In this document: piece by piece, positions 1-9,610 of the stretch
How positions within the stretch are numbered: position 1 is the first letter of the stretch
How the letters are laid out: each line of letters opens with the position of its first letter
From: Roseibacillus sp.
GTDB lineage: Bacteria > Verrucomicrobiota > Verrucomicrobiia > Verrucomicrobiales > Akkermansiaceae
NCBI GenBank assembly: GCA_051251855.1
Contig: JBPOGI010000001.1
Span: 1,248,001 to 1,312,000, forward strand
Length of the DNA: 64,000 nt
Direction of reading: 5' to 3'
Notes under the pieces: model-generated
What the model was told of the DNA's origin: nothing
What the model saw: only the letters and a program-made list of their open reading frames with translations
Database searches by the model: none
Position numbers and translations under genes: made by a program

Positions 1-2
1 AC

Positions 3-3000
3 AACGGCGAAGGAGAAGAAGCCATCGCACTCTTTCGTGAAATTCTCAAAATCACCCCCGGAGACCGCGCCAACCGCCTCCAGTTCATCACCCTTCTTGA
101 AGACATCGATAGCTTTGACCTCGCCCTCTCCGAAGTCGCCTTTCTCCTTCGGGAACAACCCGAAGACCAAAACCTCTTGGAGCACCAAGCCCGCCTCCAT
201 GACTTAACCGGTAATCGAGAAGGGCTCAAGGAAACCCTCGCTACCCTCACCGAACTCCGAGGACAGGAAGCAAACGCCCTCCTAGCGACCGTCGCCCTCT
301 ATCAGCGCTACCAATTCGACACCCAAGCAGAAGAACTTCTTCGCACCACGGCCCTACAATTCCCAACCCTTGTTGAACCCCGCGAAGCCCTCGCCTCCTT
401 TTTGGCAAATCCACTTCATGATGAAGCCAAGCAAGCCGAAGCCACCCAAATTTGGCTCACTCTTGCAAACAATACAGACGCCGAAGGACTGCTCCGAGTC
501 GCTCGCTCTCTCCAAAATAACAACCGCCCTCAGGAGTGCTTTCAACTTCTCCAAAGCCGCCTCCCAGACTTTCCTAACAACGCCCTCCTCCTTACCCAGC
601 TCTGCAACGCTGCCCTCGTCACTTCTCAAGAAGAAGAAGCCTTTCCTCACGCTCTCCACCTCACCAGCCTCGCCCAAGTTCCCACCGAATTTGAAGCCGC
701 GCTCAAGCTCGTGGCTCAACTCGCGCGCCAACTCGATCTCACAGACCTCATTGCCGAGCTGAGCGCCCAAGACAACAAATCTAGTATTCAATGGTGTGTC
801 CTCGCCGAACTTCACCAAATCCTCAACGACTTCGAAGCTAGCGCCGAGGCTCTTGCACAAGCGCGTCTCATCGACGACTCCGTTCTCGTTGCCAGCCAGG
901 AAATTCGACTCTTCAAAGCCCAAGGAAATTGGCTCCAAGCCATCGCCCGTCTACGAGAACTCATTGCCACCCCCGGTGGCAACCGCCCCGCTAACCTCAA
1001 CAAACTGATTCAGCTCCTCATCGACTCTGGAGATATTTCCGCCGCTCTTGTTGAGGTTGAGAAGTGGAAGAAGCGCTCTCCGGGCGACAAACATGCTTGG
1101 CTAAAGCGCGCTGAACTTCTCACCCAAAGCGGACGCCTCACCGAGGCCGCCCTCGAACTCCGCCGTGCGCACACTAAATTCAATCAAGACTCCGATCTTC
1201 GCAATCGACTCGCCAAAGCCCTCCTCGCTGCGGGTGACTACCCTGCTGCCGAGCGCCTCTATTTCAAAATCTATCAGGAAGCCGACGACGCCAGCGCCCG
1301 CAACCACGCCATCACCGAACTCGCGATTCTTGCCAAACAAGAGAATCGAACCGAGCAACTCCTCGCCGATTTCCAGCGCCGCAAACGTCAGAACCCCAGC
1401 GAAGCCGGCCCCCTCCTCGCCCTTGCTCGCATCTACGAAATTTTCGAACAATACGACCAACAGCACAGTGCTCTTGCCGAAGCTCTCCGCCGACGCCCGA
1501 GCGACTCAGTCCTCCGTCTTCAACTTTCCAAACTCGAGGAGAACGCAGGCCTCGTTGAACAAGCAGCTCAAACCCTTCGAGACGGCCTGGCCCTCTCTTC
1601 CGGTCCTCAACTCCGACAAGCCCTCGCCGACTTCTACTTCCGCAGCGGAGAGTTGGAGCTCGGCCTCGACCTCTCTGCCGCGCTCAACCAAGACGACCCT
1701 AGAGCCTTGGAAGCCACGGTCCTCTCCCTCTGCCAACAACAAGAATGGGAGCTCGCTCTCCGCCATCTCAACCTCACTTCTTCTTCAGACCCTCGTCTGC
1801 AATGCCTCCGAGCACTTGCTTTGGTTCATCTCAACCGAAGTCAGCAAGTGTCTCCCCTCCTTGCGCAATTACTCTCCAACACCAACAGCACCTTCCCCCC
1901 GAATCTGAGCGTTACCAACACCTCCGTTTTCAAGCAAACCCGCTTATGGAGCCAGGCCAACAGACCCCTTCCCGCGCCAGAGCTACTTCTCTTCACCTAC
2001 TTCAACAATCAGATCGACTCTTTCCTGCAAAGACGGTTCCAAAGCTACTCTTCATCCGGCTCGCAGCCACAACCTTCCGACCTCCTACCTGGGACCTTAG
2101 CCGAACTACGAGCCTTCACCCTCGCTCTCATTTATAGAGGTAGTAACCTCCTCTCCGACTCTGACGAGAAAGCGCAATTCCTCGCTCAATTTTCCATCCC
2201 CACGGTTCCCTATCTTCAGTCTTTTTTCCATCCTGACTTTCGAGAATGGCTCCTCGACGAGTTCAACAACCAGCGCCTCACCCTCCCTCAAGTCACCCCG
2301 TATCTCAACCAGATTGCCTTTCCACGCCAATCCCTCATCACAGCCCTCGAGGACCCTGTTTTTGTCGAGGAACACCCCGCCGTTGCCGTCCAAGTTGCCC
2401 TCCACCTCGCCCAAAACACACCAAACGAGGAGGAGGACGAACGCGACTGGTTCGCTCGCATCTTCAACATCATTCCCCAACTGGAAGAAACAGACAAAGA
2501 CTACTACCTCACACTCCTCAACAGCTATCTCACCAGAAGCAGAGGCAACGCCTACTTCCTGAAGGGGAATCTCACCCCCAACTATGAAGACTTGTTCCGC
2601 AGATTGGCTTGGAAAGAGATCTCAAGCCACAACTCTCACTCAACTCCAGTAAGCCAGAAACTTTGGTTCCATAATTTCCGACAGAGTCTTCGCGATCACA
2701 AACTTGCTGCCGACTACATCAAGGTCCTGAACCTCTCGTGCCAGGAGTTCATCGACCACCCTCTCAAAAAGAACAGCTCTCCAAATAGCCCTTACTCTCT
2801 GTGGGGTGGGCATCACCAACCCCCGTGGGGACATTATCCTTCAGCCTCTCACGGTTCTCCTTCTAACACTCCTAGCTTTCCCCCGACAAGCTCACCCCTC
2901 CCTCTCTTCGTCCTTCAAGACTTCGCAATCCGCACATCAAGCAACCCGTCGCAGAATCACGAGAATACTGCAGTCCAACAACGACTCCTCAAAAAATGGC

Positions 3001-6000
3001 GGGAGCATATTGGCAGCGGTTCGATTGCGTCCGGTTCCATTGCCACTCGGCATAGTCAAGACCTTGATCCCGATGCCTTGCTCCCCTTCATTCCGCAGAT
3101 TGAAAACAAGCGTGTTCGTGCTATTGCTTACCACTGGGCCGGAGCCACAGAGGAGCTGGAAAAACTCATTGGCGAGTTCGCTGAAAGCAACGATCCTCAA
3201 CTCCTGCTCTTTGCGCTCTGCTACTATTACGACCCACAAGACCGAACTAAGAGCTTCTCTATTCTGAAAAAGCTTCCTCGAGAGCAGCTCCCAAAACTCC
3301 AAAGAGTAGAAGTGGATCGTTATTGGGTACAAATGGGGGCAGACCTCAGCTCTCGCAACAAGCTCTCACCCGAGGACAGTGCTCTCGTCAAGAAGGCTGC
3401 GCTGCGCTACCGCCACTCTTCCGAGGCGGCCAACAATCAGAACTACCTCAATAACCTCCTCACTCGAATCGACCCCAAGCTTCAATACACCGCACGCCGA
3501 ACAAGTCGTTCTACTCAATATAACCCTGGGGCAGGCCGCTATCGTTCTTCTCAAAAAATAACCGATAAAATCGCATATCTTCTCTCCCTAGCCCAGTTCG
3601 AAACAGCCGCCACTCTTTCTCTTCGGCACCTACACTCAGACTTCCGCCTTCGCCGCAACTTTCAATCAAGTAACAGTCGCGAATTGCTTAAATCAGCCAA
3701 CGAGAACCCCTCTTTCAAGACCGCTCTCCTGACCGCAATCGATTCCACAGCTCAAAAGAGCTTTCAATCCCAGTTCTTTGCAGCCGAGCTCCATTCCACC
3801 CTCGAAAGTAATAGCAAAGCCCTCGCCATTCTGCGCGAGCTCTCCCTAGCCCGTCCCCACGACGAACAACTCACCAAAAAAATAGAATGGCAGGAAATGA
3901 AGATCGCGCACCTCGGTCTCCTCGCCGACCCCAACCAAGACCTCACCCTCGCCGAACTCGAACCTATTCTGATACATGCTGGCTTTAGAGACCGATCGAG
4001 TAGTTATAATAATTCACAAAAGAAACCACTTCCCGTCTACCTAGCCGCCGCCACCCGCGCTCTCAATGCCACCGAACCTCAGAGCCTCGACGACAGGAAT
4101 TTGAGTTGGCCCCTATTCCTGCTCCGCAACTGCGCTGGGCAGACTTACTTCGGTGACCTCGAGCAGCGTTCCCCTTCCCTCGCAACCGCTGAACAAGATT
4201 TCGACCCCGAACGCATCCGCCTCATCCGTGAGAACATCACTGCTTGCCTACGGCATCCGCAATTAGCGAACGGTGCTTTCCGGATCGCCACCGGCTGCCA
4301 AGAAGCTCTTGGCTACACTCCCGAACAACTGAGAGAATTCGCTCTTGAAGCCCTCTCCGTTTCTTTGATGCCGTCAACCTCTGAAGAAGAGAAAGAAAAA
4401 GCTGGAGATGAACAAATCGATTCAGAGCCTCACCCATCCATTTCAGTTTGGAATTCCTACGACCCGTCCCCTGAATTCGGCCCCACCCCCCAAACCTTTC
4501 TTATTACTTGGATCGCCCAAAATCAAATCCCCGAAGACGGGCCTGATTTCCAAGCAGTTATCACTGCCTCCCCCCAGCTTGCTGAGCAGGCCCGCTGGGC
4601 ACTTGAAATGGCAGGGCCAGACCTCGCCACCGCTCAGGTCGCTTTTTCCGCCTGGCAAGAGACGCTCGACGAAACCGCTCAGACCAACTTTCATTACAAA
4701 CTCCAGCATATCGCAAACCGCCTGCAAGACCTCGCAGACATGCCTGAGGCACCTCCGCTGCTAGAAACAATCCGCCAAGACTACCTCACCCTCACTCTCG
4801 CCCACTGGAGAAAACAAAACTTCAACCACTCCACACTTCTGACCCCTTCTTTCAAGAGCTACCTCACTCGTCTCTGGGACCCCGCAGAACCACAAATCCT
4901 CCGTTCCGTCCTCGAAAGAATAATCACCCAATCCCTAGGCGACCAAAGCCTCTGGCCAGACTTCGTCACCCTTTCTAAGGGCAATCAACTTCCCATCCCC
5001 CTGCGCACACTCTCTAACAGCTACCGAGAAATCATCTCGAGTCTTCTCGCGCAAGATCAAGAACTTAACATCTTCCCTACCCTCCTCTCTCTTCCTCCGC
5101 TCGCCTCTTCTCTAAGGAGTTCGAACTACCGCGACGCGCTAAAGAAATACTATTCTTTCGAGACCGACGAAGAAGGCTGGGAGGCCTTTCAGAAAATCGA
5201 TTTAGACAACTTCACTTGGCATACCCTTGCCTTCGGATCAGCTGAAGAATCGGAAACCTTCTTCCACTCTCTTTGTTATCACTTCTCCAGACGTTCCAAC
5301 ACCAAGAAACACATTCTCGAGAAACTTACCGCACAAGAGAGTTCCGGTCTCAAATCCCTGCTCATTGCTCACTATCTCGCAGGTAGCAAAGAATCTAAGG
5401 AGAATTTGCTCGTTCATCTCGAGGAAAACTCACACCACATCTTGGCCCTTCCCGAAAGCGAACAAAAGGCCATCAGCACCCTTTTGCAACCTCCCTTCCC
5501 TGCAGGTGAAGCCCCTCCAACATCTTCTCCCCATCCGAACGCCACCCATCTTCTTCTGACCCTCAACAAAGACCGCCGAAGTCAATTCTACTCTCGCCTT
5601 CAACAGTTGCTCAGCGAGGGATTTACCACCGATGACCTCATAAAGAACAGGCCTCTCACTGAGAAAGAAATCATCAAGCTAGTTAACCTAAGCCTCTTCG
5701 AAAAACCCTCTCTCGCCAGCCAGCTCACCATCAAATATCTCTCCTCCCTTCGAGAGATACTTACTACGAGCACTCCTGAACGAGTAGACAGTGATTTCGA
5801 GTCCAGTTACGACTCTCTCCTCCAAGGAATCCTCACCGAGAGCCGTCCCTTCATCGATTACATCCCTTATCTCACCGCTCTGGAAGCCAGCCCCCTCTCA
5901 GCACAACTTCCCTTTACCCATTCTTACTCCACCCAGAGCAGTCACTTCAACGCCTTCATAGACACTCTTCCCGGACCCGTGGAAGACCCTCTCTTTCACC

Positions 6001-8033
6001 GCTGGCACTGGGACGACCTCGCCCAACAGCTCCAAAACCTCTCGCCTCAGCATCGCCAAATCGCCAGCTATCATTTTCTCATCCACCATAAGATGAGAGC
6101 ATCCCAAACTACCTCCGAATATTGGAAATGGGCTGAAGACTCCGGCTTCCGAGAACGCCATCCCCGACTCTGCGAAGACCTTCTTCTCAGTCTTGCCTTC
6201 TCCAATTGGGGACAATGCTCACCCGAGCAAAAAAGCACTCTCTTTGAGATTTGGCAGAACCGTCTTTCTGACTCCTCAATCTCTATCCGCCTCCGCGTGA
6301 GCCTTGCCACTCATGCAATGATAAGGGCGCGAGACTTCTTAAAAGAACCAGCCGCTCTCATCGCCACCATCCCCATTGCCCGCGAATGGCTCTCTCAATC
6401 AAATTCCACCCTAGACAAGAGATTCCCTTATGTTCTCAAGTCCTACCTCCCTATCACTGCTTCAGAGCAAGCTGAAGTGCTCAACAGCCTCCTTCGAGAA
6501 TGCTTGCAGAAGGTAACCTCTGATCCCTATCTCTCTTTTCCCAGAAACAACAGCCTTCGTTCCCTATACTTGGAAGAACTGGTCCCACTCTTCCTCCAAC
6601 TTGAGGATCGGGAATCCTTTCAAACCCTGTCCCAAGCCCTCGGCCAGACTCTCAGCGGAAGACCAAAGCTGCTTTTTCTCCTCGCAAAAATGAATGATCG
6701 CAAGTCCATCAACCACCTACTTGCTCGCGAAGACTCCCTCTACTCTAGCTTCAAGAAGAAGTGGAACAGCGACACCGCCAAAGAGGTCTCTCATCTTCTC
6801 TCTTTCATCGACGACCCGAAAAAGCGCTACCGGCTCGAGTGCCATCTCAGTTGTGCCACTGACGATACTAGAGTCCATGATCAGACCTTTCTAAAGCGCC
6901 CCGAACGTATCCTTCGGCTCGCAAAGCAATTCGAAGAACTCGCCCCCCAAGTCCCAACCGCCCGCATCGAATGCCTAGCCAAGTTGAGCGCCCCCTTCAA
7001 TCTCGAGCGCGCCCGCTTACTTGAGGCCCCGCTTGCCGAGACCTACCAACGCTGGCCGTTTCCTCAAGCCTTAGAAAGTTCTCGCGACATCCCCTCCTCG
7101 GCGCTCCTAACCATCTCGGAAACCTACCTCAAGCTTCGCATCGCGCAAGGCGACTGGACTCCCGCCATCACCGCCGCCAGAACTCTCTTCGCTCGGATGC
7201 AACAAAACGACCGTTCCTTCAGAGACAAGAAAGAAGCCCTCTCCAAAATCATCTCTCTCCTCACTTCCCAGCTCCTCGAATTTGAAGCGGACAATCAAGC
7301 CCCCCCCATCGACCCAGAGCTCGCCCTACTTGCAAAAGAACTTCTTCCTATCCTCGGCCAAAAAGAAAGAGTGAGTGGCAAATTATGTCCCTCCATTCTC
7401 TACCTCGCCATTGTAACTCACCAGCGTGCTAAGAACACCCCGGAACTTTTCGCTCAACTAACGAAGCATGCCGGTCAATCAGACGTAAACTATCTCACTG
7501 CTCGGACAACTCTTGTTACAACCACAAGTAGTCACCAATTCGAGCTTTCGAACCAATCGAGAAAAATTCTTTACCTAGAATCTCTCACCAAGGATCCCAC
7601 TGTCTCTCAACATCTCTTCGCCTCCCACAAAACATTTGCAGCCCTCATCAGAACCATAAAATTCGATAAGGAACCCCTCTCAGAATGGAGTCTTCAGCTC
7701 CCCGCAGATTATCCCCGACGTGCGGAACTCCTCCTCGGTGCAGCCAACACCATTACCAAGTTCGAAAGACGAGAGGAGTTTTCTGTTCCGGTCTTCGAGA
7801 CCGCGCTCGCCCAAGCGGAAAAAGACCAGGATGAGGAATTGATCAGCCTGATTAAAATCTGCACCGCCGTCAAAATCAGAGCCACTGATCGTCAGAAGGC
7901 GGCCGAACTCATCAAGTTACTCACCCTTTCAGACCTCTCGGAAGATGAACAAAAGGTTTACAAGTACCTCTTCGAATGGGCGGAAACCGTAGACACTTCC
8001 GTTCCAAACGACCCCGGCCCTGGCAACCCCTGA
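3..8033 (+). CDS. Giant tetratricopeptide-repeat (TPR) protein, 5'-truncated by the window edge (>2670 aa)
   Basis: The frame of ORF 177..8033 is open back to position 3 (NGEGEEAIALFREILKITPGD...). The N-terminal ~550 aa consist of TPR-like helical repeats (e.g. AWLKRAELLTQSGRLTEAALELRRA, LLALARIYEIFEQYDQQHSALAEALRRRP). The remainder is helical with no recognisable motif. Confidence 0.8.
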   Translation, partial: NGEGEEAIALFREILKITPGDRANRLQFITLLEDIDSFDLALSEVAFLLREQPEDQNLLEHQARLHDLTGNREGLKETLATLTELRGQEANALLATVALYQRYQFDTQAEELLRTTALQFPTLVEPREALASFLANPLHDEAKQAEATQIWLTLANNTDAEGLLRVARSLQNNNRPQECFQLLQSRLPDFPNNALLLTQLCNAALVTSQEEEAFPHALHLTSLAQVPTEFEAALKLVAQLARQLDLTDLIAELSAQDNKSSIQWCVLAELHQILNDFEASAEALAQARLIDDSVLVASQEIRLFKAQGNWLQAIARLRELIATPGGNRPANLNKLIQLLIDSGDISAALVEVEKWKKRSPGDKHAWLKRAELLTQSGRLTEAALELRRAHTKFNQDSDLRNRLAKALLAAGDYPAAERLYFKIYQEADDASARNHAITELAILAKQENRTEQLLADFQRRKRQNPSEAGPLLALARIYEIFEQYDQQHSALAEALRRRPSDSVLRLQLSKLEENAGLVEQAAQTLRDGLALSSGPQLRQALADFYFRSGELELGLDLSAALNQDDPRALEATVLSLCQQQEWELALRHLNLTSSSDPRLQCLRALALVHLNRSQQVSPLLAQLLSNTNSTFPPNLSVTNTSVFKQTRLWSQANRPLPAPELLLFTYFNNQIDSFLQRRFQSYSSSGSQPQPSDLLPGTLAELRAFTLALIYRGSNLLSDSDEKAQFLAQFSIPTVPYLQSFFHPDFREWLLDEFNNQRLTLPQVTPYLNQIAFPRQSLITALEDPVFVEEHPAVAVQVALHLAQNTPNEEEDERDWFARIFNIIPQLEETDKDYYLTLLNSYLTRSRGNAYFLKGNLTPNYEDLFRRLAWKEISSHNSHSTPVSQKLWFHNFRQSLRDHKLAADYIKVLNLSCQEFIDHPLKKNSSPNSPYSLWGGHHQPPWGHYPSASHGSPSNTPSFPPTSSPLPLFVLQDFAIRTSSNPSQNHENTAVQQRLLKKWREHIGSGSIASGSIATRHSQDLDPDALLPFIPQIENKRVRAIAYHWAGATEELEKLIGEFAESNDPQLLLFALCYYYDPQDRTKSFSILKKLPREQLPKLQRVEVDRYWVQMGADLSSRNKLSPEDSALVKKAALRYRHSSEAANNQNYLNNLLTRIDPKLQYTARRTSRSTQYNPGAGRYRSSQKITDKIAYLLSLAQFETAATLSLRHLHSDFRLRRNFQSSNSRELLKSANENPSFKTALLTAIDSTAQKSFQSQFFAAELHSTLESNSKALAILRELSLARPHDEQLTKKIEWQEMKIAHLGLLADPNQDLTLAELEPILIHAGFRDRSSSYNNSQKKPLPVYLAAATRALNATEPQSLDDRNLSWPLFLLRNCAGQTYFGDLEQRSPSLATAEQDFDPERIRLIRENITACLRHPQLANGAFRIATGCQEALGYTPEQLREFALEALSVSLMPSTSEEEKEKAGDEQIDSEPHPSISVWNSYDPSPEFGPTPQTFLITWIAQNQIPEDGPDFQAVITASPQLAEQARWALEMAGPDLATAQVAFSAWQETLDETAQTNFHYKLQHIANRLQDLADMPEAPPLLETIRQDYLTLTLAHWRKQNFNHSTLLTPSFKSYLTRLWDPAEPQILRSVLERIITQSLGDQSLWPDFVTLSKGNQLPIPLRTLSNSYREIISSLLAQDQELNIFPTLLSLPPLASSLRSSNYRDALKKYYSFETDEEGWEAFQKIDLDNFTWHTLAFGSAEESETFFHSLCYHFSRRSNTKKHILEKLTAQESSGLKSLLIAHYLAGSKESKENLLVHLEENSHHILALPESEQKAISTLLQPPFPAGEAPPTSSPHPNATHLLLTLNKDRRSQFYSRLQQLLSEGFTTDDLIKNRPLTEKEIIKLVNLSLFEKPSLASQLTIKYLSSLREILTTSTPERVDSDFESSYDSLLQGILTESRPFIDYIPYLTALEASPLSAQLPFTHSYSTQSSHFNAFIDTLPGPVEDPLFHRWHWDDLAQQLQNLSPQHRQIASYHFLIHHKMRASQTTSEYWKWAEDSGFRERHPRLCEDLLLSLAFSNWGQCSPEQKSTLFEIWQNRLSDSSISIRLRVSLATHAMIRARDFLKEPAALIATIPIAREWLSQSNSTLDKRFPYVLKSYLPITASEQAEVLNSLLRECLQKVTSDPYLSFPRNNSLRSLYLEELVPLFLQLEDRESFQTLSQALGQTLSGRPKLLFLLAKMNDRKSINHLLAREDSLYSSFKKKWNSDTAKEVSHLLSFIDDPKKRYRLECHLSCATDDTRVHDQTFLKRPERILRLAKQFEELAPQVPTARIECLAKLSAPFNLERARLLEAPLAETYQRWPFPQALESSRDIPSSALLTISETYLKLRIAQGDWTPAITAARTLFARMQQNDRSFRDKKEALSKIISLLTSQLLEFEADNQAPPIDPELALLAKELLPILGQKERVSGKLCPSILYLAIVTHQRAKNTPELFAQLTKHAGQSDVNYLTARTTLVTTTSSHQFELSNQSRKILYLESLTKDPTVSQHLFASHKTFAALIRTIKFDKEPLSEWSLQLPADYPRRAELLLGAANTITKFERREEFSVPVFETALAQAEKDQDEELISLIKICTAVKIRATDRQKAAELIKLLTLSDLSEDEQKVYKYLFEWAETVDTSVPNDPGPGNP

Positions 8034-8065
8034 CAAAACACGGAGCTCACTCCTTAGGCAAACCC

Positions 8066-8878
8066 TCAAATCCCCTCGCCGCGACACCCCAATCCCTGGT
8101 TCATGCCCATCGCAGGATTCTCTTCATCAGTTCGCCCCACCACCTCAGCAGGCACCCCCGCTACCGTCGTGTGCGCTGCCACATCATTGAGCACCACACT
8201 GCCTGCGCCAATCTTGGCACCCTCGCAAATCTCAACACGCCCCAAAATCTTTGCACCCGCCCCAATCAATACCCCCGAGCGCACCACCGGATGACGAGCA
8301 CCCGTTGACTTGCCCGTTCCTCCCAGCGTCACCTCATGCAGAATCGAAACATTATCCTCAATGATGGCCGTCTCACCCACCACAAAACTCGTTGCATGGT
8401 CCAGCATGATTCCGCACCCAATGCGCGCTGCAGGATGAATATCGACGCCAAAAACCTCGCTGGCCAGGCTTTGAAAGTAGTAGGCCAACTGTCTCCGCCC
8501 ATTTTTCCAGAGTTGATGCGAAACCCGATAGGTCGAAATCGCAGCAAATCCCTTAAAAAACAAAAGCGCCTCCACCGGACTGTCACATGCCGGATCCCGC
8601 GTATGAATCGCCTCAATATCCTCGGCAGCGCTCCTCACCAGCTCAGGATGCTCCTTAAAAACCTCGCGCAAGAGCGATTGTAAATCCTCACGGCCCATAT
8701 CCTCACGCGCCAATTTACGCGACAGACGTGCCGACAACGCCTGTCCCAAACACTCGGAATCCAAGAGCACCCCTTTCACCAAGGACTGCAAACGCGGCTC
8801 TTCTTCGTAGACTCTCCCTCCTTCCTGACAAATGACTTCCCATAGTTCGGCTAAATCCACCGAATGATTCTCGCACAA
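8066..8878 (-). CDS. cysE: Serine O-acetyltransferase
   Basis: RDPAC, LLFFKGFAA, VDIHPAARIGCGIMLDHAT, VTLGGTGK..RHP and hexapeptide repeats (IGAGAKILG). The start is uncertain: TTG 8878 chosen, alternatives GTG 8860 and ATG 8929. The 9052 start would overlap the Rrf2 gene. Confidence 0.95.
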   Translation of the reverse strand: MCENHSVDLAELWEVICQEGGRVYEEEPRLQSLVKGVLLDSECLGQALSARLSRKLAREDMGREDLQSLLREVFKEHPELVRSAAEDIEAIHTRDPACDSPVEALLFFKGFAAISTYRVSHQLWKNGRRQLAYYFQSLASEVFGVDIHPAARIGCGIMLDHATSFVVGETAIIEDNVSILHEVTLGGTGKSTGARHPVVRSGVLIGAGAKILGRVEICEGAKIGAGSVVLNDVAAHTTVAGVPAEVVGRTDEENPAMGMNQGLGCRGEGI

Positions 8879-8931
8879 CCGTGGTTCCTTCCCGCTGGCT
8901 TCTCCAGCCTCTTCATGCTCTTCTTTCATCA

Positions 8932-9345
8932 GTGAGGGTCTCCCAAAAACTTGAATACGCCTGCCGCGCTGCCATTCAACTCGCAAAACATCACGACGGG
9001 GAGTCTCCTCTCCGCCTTGATGACCTCGCGACGCGAGAGCATGTGCCAGCAACCTTCCTAGTGCAAATCCTCTCTGACCTGAAACAAGCCAATCTCGTCA
9101 TCTCCAAGCGCGGCAAAAGCGGCGGTTACCTCCTCGCCACCGATCCCGCCCAAATTACCCTCGCTAAACTCATCGAAGCCGTTGACCCCCAGCTGCTCGA
9201 AGAACCAGAAGCCGGAGAAGGAGAATCAGCCCCCGCCCTGCACCTCATTTGGCAAAACCTCACCGGAATCCTCTCCGAGACCCTCCAAAGCACCACCCTC
9301 GAACAGCTCGCCAACCCAGAAGAAGCCCCCATGTGGTTCATCTAG
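8932..9345 (+). CDS. Rrf2-family transcriptional regulator (CymR-like, no Fe-S Cys triad)
   Basis: GTG start giving MRVSQKLEYACRA, plus FLVQILSDLKQANLVISKRGKSGGYLLA and ITLAKLIEAVD. Divergent from cysE. Confidence 0.9.
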   Translation: MRVSQKLEYACRAAIQLAKHHDGESPLRLDDLATREHVPATFLVQILSDLKQANLVISKRGKSGGYLLATDPAQITLAKLIEAVDPQLLEEPEAGEGESAPALHLIWQNLTGILSETLQSTTLEQLANPEEAPMWFI

Positions 9346-9557
9346 TGTCCTGCGCGCTAAGTTCGTTGCAGAATTCCGAAGGGGATTTTTTCCAAGGGCA
9401 AGGCGTGAGGAAAGAGTTAATCGGGATTCATGACTGACAAACAACGCAGCCATTGGAAAAAAGACCCAAGTCATAACCAAGCTTCGACATCGGAGGTGTT
9501 TTTCTGAGCAAAATGAAAAATTGAATTCTGTGACGAACTTAGCGCGCAGGACACTAG
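9342..9557. mobile_element. MITE (non-autonomous IS derivative), 208 bp, with 31-bp terminal inverted repeats and CTAG target duplication
   Basis: 9342-9376 CTAGTGTCCTGCGCGCTAAGTTCGTTGCAGAATTC is the reverse complement of 9523-9557 with 2 mismatches in 35. CTAG occurs on both sides, and there is no transposase inside. Confidence 0.85.
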
Positions 9558-9610
9558 CCGGGTCACTCCTTTCCATTTACCAAAAACCAAAAGTGATCCA
9601 GACTGACGTC

